Positions 10,909-20,000 of a stretch of 20,000 nucleotides of DNA are shown one piece after another. Both the position numbers and the translations under genes were made by a program. The stretch's first letter is position 1. Every line of letters begins with the position of its first letter. The DNA is from Chiloscyllium plagiosum (Eukaryota): contig NC_057719.1 in assembly GCF_004010195.1 (NCBI RefSeq), positions 49,991,647 to 50,011,646 on the forward strand. The letters are read 5' to 3'. The notes under the pieces were generated by a model. That model worked only from the letters and a program-made list of their open reading frames with translations. It did not search any database and was not told the origin of the DNA.

Positions 10909-12171
10909 AAGTGATAGAGTGAGTTGCTAAACCAACCAAATACACCAGCTCAAGGTCCAACTGATTTTAATGGTCAGTTCACAAAATAATGTGACTAATT
11001 ATGTTTCCATCCAAAATGGGAAAAAGGTCACTCAGAAACATCAGAAAGGAAGGTAATCTAGAGGCTACTCACCAAGTCCAAGGTAAGTGCAGGTAGATAT
11101 GGGGACTCAAGGACAGTATGAACTCTATGAAGGGAGTGGGTAGAGTCAGAGACAGGGAGAGCTATACTTGCCCTATGAAACCAGAAGGGCCAATTCAATC
11201 AACATATTTTGAGTTCCAGCTATTGTCTGTGGGTGCTCTGGGTTAAAGTGTCATTTTGGTCATTTTCATGTATATGATTTTGATTCACATACAAAATCAC
11301 AACAAAGCTGGAACTGAGTAATCCTATTCCATTATATTGCCTGCCTGATTTCTAACAATCCTGCTGAGTTACAGTCCAAACCCATGAGAAAATTATTTAA
11401 CGCTCTTTTTGTTGCTGACTGATTAAGGTTCAAAGTAAATTCAGTGTGGTCATTGAAGTTCATGTGACATAACTTGACTGACAAGAAATATTTCAAGCAT
11501 AATTGGATTGCTTGTTTTTGGTGATTTGGTGCCATTTCAATCTAAGAGTCTGGAATCTTAAATATCTTTTTTTTGGAAGAAACACTGGCTGGGATTTTCC
11601 TACAGCAAAGAGTGTAGATGGGAGTTGTGCGTGGGACCCTGCAGAATCCCCATCGTAGCAAACTCCAAAGAAATTACCCAGAAATGTGACAGTTAATTTG
11701 GAGAATTGAGAGGGTTCCAATGAAATTAAGCAAATAGTTTTTCAGGAAAAGTTAGACAATAACATACAGTGACTGGCTCCTGAGTAATTATTCGACTGAC
11801 TTCAAAATTAGCTCTGATACCCAAACACAAACAATGCCTGCTGCTGACTCGCTGTCCAGTCCAAACTCATTGACCTTCTTCTCTCACTCTGGACCTGATC
11901 TGCCTCTGTATGTGCCTCACCTTTCCTTCTTTATCTCCACTTCTTCACCCACTTCAGCCCTCCAGACACAATCTTCCTCCTTCTGGGATCTGATATGCGG
12001 CATGCTTTCAGTGGCTTTCCACCCATGTCATCAAATGCCCTCTGCAGTCTCTTGACCCAGTAGACAGTCACCACACTGTAGCAGTTGTGAAGGCTGCCAC
12101 TTTTCCTGTCTATTGGGAAGACAGTTAATCAGGTCAGTGACAAGGTGAGGCCTCAAGTCATTGTTAATTGA

Positions 12172-12963
12172 CCATAGTGACATAGAGTCATCGAGATATA
12201 CAGCACAGAAACAGACCCTTCAGTCCAACTCATTCATGCGACCAGCTATCCTAAATAAATCTAGTCTCACTTGCCAGCATCTGGCCCAAATCCCTCTGAA
12301 ACCTTCCTATTCATATACCCATCCAGATGCCTTTTAGATGTTGTAATTGTACCAGGCTCCACCACTTCCTCTGGTAGCACATTCCAAACAGTGACCACCC
12401 TCTGCGTGAAAAAGTTAGGTCCCTTTCAAATCTTTCCCCTCTCACCTTAAACCATGCCCTCTAATTTTGGACTCCTCCAGCTCCGGGAAAAGACCTTGTC
12501 TATTTACCCTATTCATGCCCTCATGATTTTCTAAACCTCAATAAGGTCACCCCCCTACCTCCAATGCTTCAGGGAAAATAGCCCCAGTCTACTCAGCCTC
12601 TCCTTATAGCTCAAAACCTCCAACTTTAGCAACATCCTTGTAAATCTTTTCTGAAGCCTTTCAAGTTTCACAACATCCTTCCTATAACAGGGAGACCAGA
12701 ATTGCACGTAGAATCCCAACAGTGGCTTCACATGACCTCCCAACTCCTGTACTCAATGCACTGACCAATAAAGGAAAGCATACTAAACACCTTCTTCACT
12801 ATCCTATCTACCTGCAACTCCACTTTCAAGAAACTACAAACAAGGTTTCTTTGTTCAGCCACACTCCCCAGGATCTTACCATTAAATGTATAAGTCCTGC
12901 CATGATTTGCCTTTCCAAAATGCCGCACTTCACATTTATCCAAATTAAACTCCATACGCCACT
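12172..12963 (-). mobile_element. CR1 (HER1-like) LINE 3' fragment
   Basis: Minus translations WRMEFNLDKCEVRHFG and VQFWSPCYRKDVVKLERLQKRFTRML. 3' tail GTTGGACTGAAGGGTCTGTTTCTGTGCTGTA followed by degenerate (CTCTATGA)-like repeats. Confidence 0.93.
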
Positions 12964-13080
12964 TAAAGAGCTTCATCAGTGGTGGGTTGGGAAGGCTGAC
13001 CATGGGTCTTCCCAACCAGATTCAATTCTTGAGGTGACAGGAAGAGAGAGGGAATAGCGATGGTGTTAACCCACACAATT

Positions 13081-13143
13081 AATTCCTGATGAAGGGCATT
13101 TCCTGCTCCTCGGATGCTGCCTGACCTGCTGTGCTTTTCCAGC
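13081..13143 (+). mobile_element. Family A Penelope-like fragment with internally deleted hammerhead
   Basis: TTCCTGATGAAGGGC is joined directly to ATTTCCTGCTCCTCGGATGCTGCCTGACCTGCTGTGCTTTTCCAGC; the TTATGCCCGAAACGTCG segment is missing. Confidence 0.75.
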
Positions 13144-13996
13144 CTAATGTCTTCACTTCAGAAATTTGAAGTTTATCAATATCGGTTTTACATGAAGATA
13201 ATTCTAAATCAATGATCTGGCAAACTCTCAGCTGATAGAGCCTCGAGTATTGCTCCCAAGGCAAGTAGCATGTGCTGAGAAATTCACTAGCTCATTGGAC
13301 CTTCCTCTGAAGAAACTATCCTGAATGTGGGATCTTCATGACAGAGGTGCAGGATGGAGTCAGGCCCATTGTCCCTGAATGTGGACTGCAGGATGCTGCA
13401 GGGCTGCCAAGTATTCAGGTGAACTGCTCAAAAGGCATTCCTCACTACTCTGGTGTAGGACGTAGTGGCAGGTGTCCCCTCATATTCTTTAGCCCTCAGC
13501 TTTCACAGCCCCTCACCTCCCATGCATTCTCTACTCATGGTATGAAATACACCCACCGCCAAGGTCAATCAGATCTCCATGCCAACTCATTACCTACATC
13601 CAACACCCTTTGGACCCATATACCCTCCAAGCAAATCTTTGCTCACAACCCACTTCCATACCCTATGCAACTTCTAAAGCCAATTTAATGCCCACTCATA
13701 GATACTCAATATTAACTCACCCATCTTGGAACAATTATCAACCACTTCAGAAATCACGTCAAGATTAAACAAAATAAAGTTCTAAACATTTACATTAAAA
13801 AGGCACTTGCATTCATAAAAACCCATTCACAACTTTTAAATGCCTCAAATACTTAATTGTTTTTAAAAACAAATAGACACATATTAGTAACTCCACAACA
13901 AAGACAGTTAACTTTTTAATAGTCTCGATCAGCTGTAAATCAAACTGAGAACTGAAGACACCCTGGTGGAAAACAGCTAAGCATTAATAATGATAA

Positions 13997-15063
13997 AGTC
14001 AGAGTCGTACAACACAAAAACACAGCTTTCAGTCCAACCAGGCCATGCCAAATATAATCCCAAGCTAAACTAGTCCCACCTGCCGACACTTGGCCCATAT
14101 CCCTCCAAACCATTTCTATTCATGCATCCATCTAAATGTCTTTTAAATGTTATAACTGTACCTGCATCCACCACTTCCTCAGGAAGTTCATTCCACACAG
14201 GAACCACTCTCTGTGTAAATAATAAGCCTCTTAACATCTTTTTAATTTTTTTTCTCCTTTCACATTAAAAATGTGCCTCCTAGTCTTGAAATTTCCCATC
14301 TTAGGGAAAGGACAACTACTATCAACTTTACCTAGACCTCTCATTGTTTTATACATTTCTATGCAGTCATCTCTCAACCTCTTATGCTCTAGTGAAAAAA
14401 GTCCCAGCCCATCCAGCCTTTCTTTAGAACGCAAACTTCTCATAGCCGGCAACATAGCCGGTAAATCTCTTCTGAACCCCCTCCAGCTTGATAATATCCT
14501 TCCTATAACTCGTCGATCAGAACTGGACACAGTATTCCAGAAGAGCCCTCACCAATATCCTGTACAACTTCAACATAACACCCTAATTCCTATTCTCAAA
14601 GGACTGAGCAATGAAGGTAAGCATGCCAAACCTCCGTCCTGTCTATATGTGATTCAAACTACAAAGAACTATGCACCTGCACCCCAGGTCCCTCTGATCT
14701 GCAACACTACCCAAGGCCCCACCATTAAGTGTATAGCTTCTACCCTTGTTTGTTATAACAAAATGCAATACCTTGCATTTATCCAGATTGAACTCCATCT
14801 GCCATTTTTCAGCCAATTGACACATTTGGTCAAGATCCCTTTGTAATCTTAGAAATTCTTCTTCACTGTTTACTATGCCATCAATTTTGGTGTCACCTGT
14901 AAACTTTCTAACCATCCCTTCTATATTCTCATCCAAATCATTTGCATAGATGACAAACAAAGAGGACCCAGAACCAATCTGTGGGGAACACTGTTAGTCA
15001 CAGACCTCCAGTTAAAAAGCAAACCTCAACCATTACTCTCTGTCTTCTGCAATTAAGCCAATT
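13997..15063 (-). mobile_element. CR1 LINE 3' fragment including decayed RT core
   Basis: Minus translation LFVIYANDLDENIEGMVRKFTGDTKI...LQRDLDQMCQLAEKWQMEFNLDKCKVLHF (FADDTK degraded to FTGDTK), then LGLFSLEHKRLRDD and a CR1 tail. Confidence 0.93.
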
Positions 15064-15699
15064 ATGTATGACGATAGCCCTTTGGATAATGTCAAATATC
15101 AGCTAGTACAAATGTTAAACCAGATGTTTTCTTCTCATTGTCATAAGCAGCCTTGTTTTTATTCCCAGGGGCCAAGGATTCAAAGATTTTCACAGCATGA
15201 ATTTATTTTTTATCTCTTAATGGTACAAGTAGTTGTTTTTAAAGGGCTAGTTATGTCAACATTTAACAGCTTGACATTTCTACAGAATTTCTCGATCCTT
15301 CAGGTCATGTATGTCCACTGTGAAAATTTGCAACTCCCAACAACTGGGTTGGTACAATTGGTATTGCAAAAATGAGATGTTTGAGATTGATATTTGAGTT
15401 CAATGTGCCCTAATTATGCAATGTTGAAAGGCAACATTGTAAGATCCAACACTGATTGTTTGAACTCTCCATGTGTCACCTTTCTAATCCTGAAGAGTTC
15501 AGCCATCTGTTCAGCTATTTGATAACTTTGAAAGACACCTCAGCTTTTATTCTTTCTCTGCATAAGACCTCAACCTTCTGTTTGGCTATACAAATTCTTT
15601 GCCAGATATATAGGGCTTTCATTCATTCTTTGCAGAAAAACTCAACCACATTTTGCTGCTGAAAACACTGACGGACATGTGTGCTAACATTCACCTAAT

Positions 15700-15860
15700 C
15701 AGAAGTCACACAACACCAGATTATAGGCCAACTGGTTTATTTGAAATCATAAGTTTTTGGAGCACTGCTCCTTTGACAGGTGGCTTCATTGGACTATAAC
15801 CTGGTATTGTGTGACTTCTGACTTTGTTCACCCCAGTCCAAAACTGGCACCTCCACATCA
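15700..15860. mobile_element. Family B Penelope-like element with inverted arrangement and degenerate hammerhead
   Basis: Inverted arms 15700-15731 and 15789-15820 (29/32 match). Minus strand reads CAC-CTGTCAA-A-GGAGC(AGT)GCTCC-AAAAACTT. TSD-like TAACATTCACCTA (15685-15697) and TAATATTCACTTA (15861-15873). Confidence 0.75.
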
Positions 15861-16162
15861 TAATATTCACTTATGCAGAAGCACTAAGCTATCATTTTAG
15901 CTATGTGACAGATGTAGTAATTTCTTTACTCATTATTTGGATGATATTTCTTTGCTTTGATAAACTTATAAGCTTTTCAAAGATTTCCAAATGTTATTAA
16001 AGCTCTTCTGAGTTCCGTTTTACTGGTCTACTGGATGAATATACTGGGGAACTGGGGGGGAGTGGTGAAAGGGAGATGAGGGGCAAGTGTAGAAAAGTGT
16101 AGTGAAGTGTTTGGGGGAATGGGGGTAAGGGGAGTGAAAGCAGGAGGGCAGAAATGAAGAGG

Positions 16163-16288
16163 AGAAAGTGAGGTCTGCAGATGCTGGAGATCAGAGCTGA
16201 AAATGTGTTGCTGGAAAAGCGCAGCAGGTCAGGCAGCATCCAGGGAACAGGAGAATCGACGTTTTGGGCATAAGCCCTTCTATGCCGG
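16163..16288 (-). mobile_element. Family A Penelope-like element with 10-bp direct repeat
   Basis: AATGAAGAGG at 16153-16162 and 16289-16298. Minus strand has GAA-GGGC(TTAT)GCCC-AAAACGTC followed by the family A body. Confidence 0.8.
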
Positions 16289-16617
16289 AATGAAGAGGTG
16301 AGTGTGAGGGACTTCACAAAGCTTTGAAGAACTATGCCAACTTTTCTGTGCATTGAGTTTGATCTCTTAACCTAGGCTATCTCAGTATAAGCCTGATTCT
16401 ATCTCCACCTCACGCCATCCCGTCATCCAGGAGATTAAAATCCAATCATCCAGCACTGCTGGGACAGAGGTAGGATCACAACATTGGAAAAATTGCCAAT
16501 TCCTGACTCCATGATGCAAATCTGTCTCTTGGTGTCATCTTGGAGTTGCTAAACCAAGGCCCACACTGCTCTCTTGGGTGGATGTAGTAGAGTGCGCAGC
16601 TTTATTTCAAACAACAC

Positions 16618-16914
16618 GGGTGGCACGGTGGCTCAGTGGTCAGCACTGCAGCCTCACAGCACCAGCGTCCCAGGTTCAATTCTAGCCTTCGGTGTCTATC
16701 TGTGTGGAGTTTTCACATTCTCCCCGTGTCTGTGAGGGTTTCCTCCCACAGTCCAAAAATATGCAGGTTAGGTGAATTGGCCATGCTAAATTGCCCATAG
16801 TGTTAGGTGCATTAGTCAGAGAGAGAGGGGTCTGGGTGGTTTTCTCTTCGGAGGGTTGATGTGGACTTGTTCGGCCGAAGGGCCTGTTTCCACACTGTAG
16901 GGAATCTAATCTAA
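16618..16914 (+). mobile_element. tRNA-derived V-SINE (HE1-like)
   Basis: A-box TGGCTCAGTGG 16629-16639, B-box GGTTCAATTCT 16673-16683, V-domain TCTGTGTGGAGTTT..CATTCTCCCCGTGTCTG, and tail GGCCGAAGGGCCTGTTTCCACACTGTAG plus (AATCT)2. Confidence 0.93.
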
Positions 16915-16950
16915 AAACATTTTTATCTCTGGTAAAACGTCAGGGGAGCT

Positions 16951-17107
16951 GACGTTTCGAGCATAAGCTCTTCATCAGGAATATGTTGAAGAGCTTATGC
17001 TCGAAATGTCGACCCTCTTGCTCCTTGGATGCTGCCTAACCGCTGCGCTTTTCCAGCACCACACTTTTTGACTCTGATCTCCAGCATCTGCAGTACTCGC
17101 TTTCTCT
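16951..17107 (+). mobile_element. Family A Penelope-like element with inverted duplication of the hammerhead
   Basis: Arms 16951-16974 and 16987-17010 are reverse complements (23/24). The minus arm reads CUGAUGA-A-GAGC(UUAU)GCUC-GAAACGUC. Confidence 0.82.
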
Positions 17108-18137
17108 GTGTTTGAATTACCGTCAGGTTTCCCATGTTATAAAAGTGATACATTTCAATTGTATTGCATTGATATGAAAGACTGTGTTTGCTTGTGATTA
17201 TGAAATACATTAACAGAATTTTCCACTCCAAGGAGATGGCAAGACAAGCGGTGAGAAGGGGAGATAAATAGACAAGTGACTCTGAAGAAATACTTGGCCC
17301 CTTCTTGCCACCTCACCAACTATGTTCTGGGGAAGGTGGTACACTTGCAACTCTCTCAATCCGCCATTATTGGTCATTTTGTGTACAATTAACAGCCTCA
17401 ACTTACCACCTCCCTAATTAGCATTTTTTCCCAGCAGGGGAGAAAGAGGGGATGTTTTCCACCAGGGGTACACTCCAAATGCCCAAAGCTGAAGGCAATA
17501 GGAGGCAGCATGGGGGAGCAAGTGGGGAGCTTCTGAAAACCATATCCCTGCCCTTGCCTTCAATGCTCCTGACCCCTCTCCCATGACTGTCACTGCATGA
17601 CAAAAAAAGCCTTCCTTGCTATTGGATTCTCCAAAGAGTTGACCATAATTGGTGGTCTTTAGGTCCCAGAAGCTGTCATAAGCAGCTTCCACTGATACAG
17701 GATGTCAATGCTGAGACCAGCAATAGGTCGAGAAGCTCAACTAAGCTCTGCCAGTCAGCTCTTAAGTCAATTGACTCATAACAAGTGGAGTTATCTCAAT
17801 GAGGGTGGCATGTTACTTGCCACCTAGCACCCCCACCCCCACATCTAGTCACAAAAATAGAAAATCATCCACTTTATAAATGCAAGGTTTTAAAATGCAA
17901 AATCCTCTATGTATTTTGTGAGAAATGCTTTACTCCTGTAATAAATTGGTGTGGCAGAGTAAATAAATAAATCAGAGCAAGTTCAATTGATTAAAGCCAT
18001 ATCATTTGATGATTAACTATATACAACAAATAATTAAGTCGGTGTAACATTTCAACAACACAATTCTTTAAAGGTTTTAGATAAATGTGCCACAAGTAAT
18101 GAGAAATTCCTCTTTAAGTAATATCTTGGGGGTATCT

Positions 18138-18148
18138 AAGATGGCGGC
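18138..18148 (+). promoter_or_regulatory. YY1-type site at the L1 5' end
   Basis: AAGATGGCGGC matches the YY1 consensus and lies 10 nt inside the element start, as in mammalian L1 promoters. Confidence 0.7.
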
Positions 18149-18312
18149 GATCTGAGAAGATCACACTGCAGAGCTTCGCATTGCAGCAGGAGCAGGACAG
18201 TCCTTTAACCCACCCAACCCAGGTCATCAGGACTTCTTGGGGCATTGGAATGATTGTGGAGCCCCAAGAAACATTTAAAAATTGACTTACCTGTATTTTC
18301 AGCTGTCCAGAA

Positions 18313-19135
18313 ATGCCTAAAAAGGGAGAGGAGCATCTGAGGCCTGGCCTGCAGCTCAGCCTGCAGCAGCCTCGGAGCCGATTACTCTCCAGGACCTGGT
18401 GAACCAGCTCTCGAAATCTCACGAGATGTTGGGCAAACAGATTGAAGAGAAGCTGGCGCCAGTCTCTCTCATGCTGCAGAAGCATGAGCAGCAGCAGCAG
18501 CAGCAGGAGACCTGGAGAAGAGCACGGATGAGGTGGAGCACAGGGTCACAGTGGTGGAAGCTGATGCCAGTTCATTCAAGGAAGAGATCCAAGCCCTGAA
18601 GACGCAGGTTTATAATTTTCATGACCAAGTGGATGATCTTGAAAACAGGGGCAGGAGAAAAAACATTCGGATCATCGGTCTGCCTGAGGGTAAGGAAGGT
18701 GAGCGGCCTGCAGAATTTGTTGAAGATTGGCTTCCAAAATTCCTTGACTTCGAGATTGGCATGAGAGGATTGAAGATAGAGAGGGCTCACTGGGTCGCAG
18801 CACAGAGGTCGTGTCTGGGTCAACGCCCTCGTCCTTTCCTGGTGCGGTTCCATCATTACTGGGATAAGGAGAGAGTCATGGAGGCTTCCAGACTCCAGGG
18901 GAAGGATCCAAAGGCCCTAATTTACGAGGGGTCTAAGATCATGTTTTTTCAGGACTTTTCAGCGGCGGTGATCCAGAAACGAAAATCGTATGATGGTGTC
19001 AAGAGAAGATTGAAGGAGCTTGGGATTCAGTACTCCCTGAAATATCCGGCTGTGCTTCGGATTACCTTAGATGGATCCATGCATCTCTTTGACACATCGG
19101 AGAAGGCAAGAGACTTTGTGGACAAACTAACCTAA
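18313..19135 (+). pseudogene. L1 ORF1 (coiled coil, RRM, CTD; Transposase_22/L1TD1-like) with two frameshifts
   Basis: DDLENRGRRKNIRIIGLPEG, IERAH, RPRPFLVRF, FFQDFS and YPAVLRI are L1 ORF1p motifs. ATG at 18313; frameshifts at the A5 run (18319-18323) and at the end of (CAG)6 (about 18506). Confidence 0.9.
18489..18506 (+). repeat. (CAG)6 microsatellite in L1 ORF1
   Basis: Six perfect CAG units. Confidence 0.9.
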
Positions 19136-19722
19136 TTTAAATAATTGTAGTATGTATAAATATTGTTGCTTGGGTATGTGTTTATCATTCTGTAAAAGAA
19201 AAGGAGGAAATCTGGTTGGAGCTTTGTTTTTCCCCTTTTTTTTCCTCTATTGATAATAATTTGGTTCAAACTATGTCTGGCGGTGGTTAAGATGTACATT
19301 TTAAATTTCTAAGTTAGGACATACCAAAGGATGGGTGGGGCATTTATTCCCCTTTTTTTATAAAAGCATTTTTAAAATTCATATTGATATTCTATGGGGT
19401 GTTTATTCTTTTTAGCTTGTGCTTGCAACGTGGCTCTAGATGGGAGAAGTGAAGGTGGTTGAGATGGTTAGATGCCTATTTATGGGCAGTTCCCCCTCCA
19501 GGCAGGGGGTGAGTTTCCCTACTCAGCGCTATTGGCGCTTTATATGTTGGTTTGCTTTCTGGTTTTTGTTGTTTTTTATTTGTAATAATTTTGTATGTTT
19601 GTTAAATGTAGTGATTTTAGTTTATGTAGTTTTTATATTTGGTGGACCATGCGACACTAAGGCTCAGCAATTTGTGGTTCGGGTTCCTCCTCTCTGGAAT
19701 TTAAATTTAATTGCAGAAGATT

Positions 19723-20000
19723 ACGGCTAATGATTTGATTAAATGGTGTACCTGGAATATCAAGGGAAGTCACTCACCAATTCAGAGGAAGAAGGTACTC
19801 TTGAGTCTTAGAAAGAAGGTGGATATTGATTTGTTACAGGAGACACATTTGGATGACAAGGAGCATCTGAAATTACAGCAGAATGGCTTTGACCGAGTTT
19901 ATTTTTCATCATTTAATACCAGAAGTAGGGGAGTGGCTATATTTGTAAGGAAAAATCTCTCATTTAAATTGTTGGAATGTGTTAAAGACACATAAGGGAG
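19723..20000 (+). pseudogene. L1 ORF2 N-terminus (APE endonuclease), ACG at the expected start and a premature stop
   Basis: TWNIKG, DIDLLQETHL and SRGVAIFV motifs. TAA at 19993-19995 falls within the KD..GR motif. Confidence 0.9.

Larger units (their letters stand above)
16530..17215 (+). mobile_element. Old DeuSINE-like remnant split by younger insertions (pieces at about 16530-16612, 16915-16945 and 17108-17215)
   Basis: TAAACCAAGGCCC...TCTCTTGGGTGGATGTA...TATTTCAAA resembles the recalled Deu domain; GTTTCCCATGTTATAAAAGTGATACATTTCAA resembles its 3' part. Confidence 0.5.
18128..20000 (+). mobile_element. L1-clade LINE, 5' portion of an apparently full-length copy (continues beyond the window)
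   Basis: G5 start with AAGATGGCGGC, ORF1, T-rich spacer, and ORF2 APE endonuclease motifs. CpGs are retained. Confidence 0.93.

Noticed and set aside
11080..11088. Consensus donor AAG|GTAAGT
   Set aside because: No convincing upstream acceptor or coding frame.
12971..12979. Minus-strand CTGATGAAG hammerhead half-core
   Set aside because: No stem II or GAAA follows.
13320..13690. 116-aa ORF and CCTGAATGTGG duplication
   Set aside because: No motif recognised; probably an old decayed repeat that I cannot assign.
14271..14846. 191-aa plus-strand ORF
   Set aside because: Antisense to CR1 ORF2.
17211..17872. Possible degenerate MITE or DNA transposon (CAGAATTTTCC ... GAAAATCATCC); similar hints near 11588-11651
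   Set aside because: Terminal repeats are too weak and there is no TSD.
1..20000. CRISPR array, operon or other prokaryotic system
   Set aside because: No regularly spaced repeats or dense ORFs; the content is vertebrate retroelement DNA.

Overview
Eukaryotic, AT-rich, CpG-poor intronic or intergenic DNA with no recognisable host gene. The repeats (HE1-like V-SINEs, CR1 LINEs, a DeuSINE-like remnant) point to a cartilaginous fish, probably a shark; this is an inference. About half the window is retroelement-derived: six CR1 fragments, a decayed 2.2-kb CR1/L2-group LINE, two tRNA-derived V-SINEs, a 603-bp solo LTR with a 4-bp TSD, and the 5' 1.9 kb of a young but disabled L1 (YY1-type 5' end, frameshifted ORF1, long spacer, ORF2 start). 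The most notable signal is seven short non-coding Penelope-like insertions carrying minimal hammerhead-ribozyme motifs. One motif is intact (8326-8360), stem II covaries between copies, two copies have fold-back structures, and the 5' ends of five related copies cluster at the ribozyme. Family names come from recalled motifs, not database searches.
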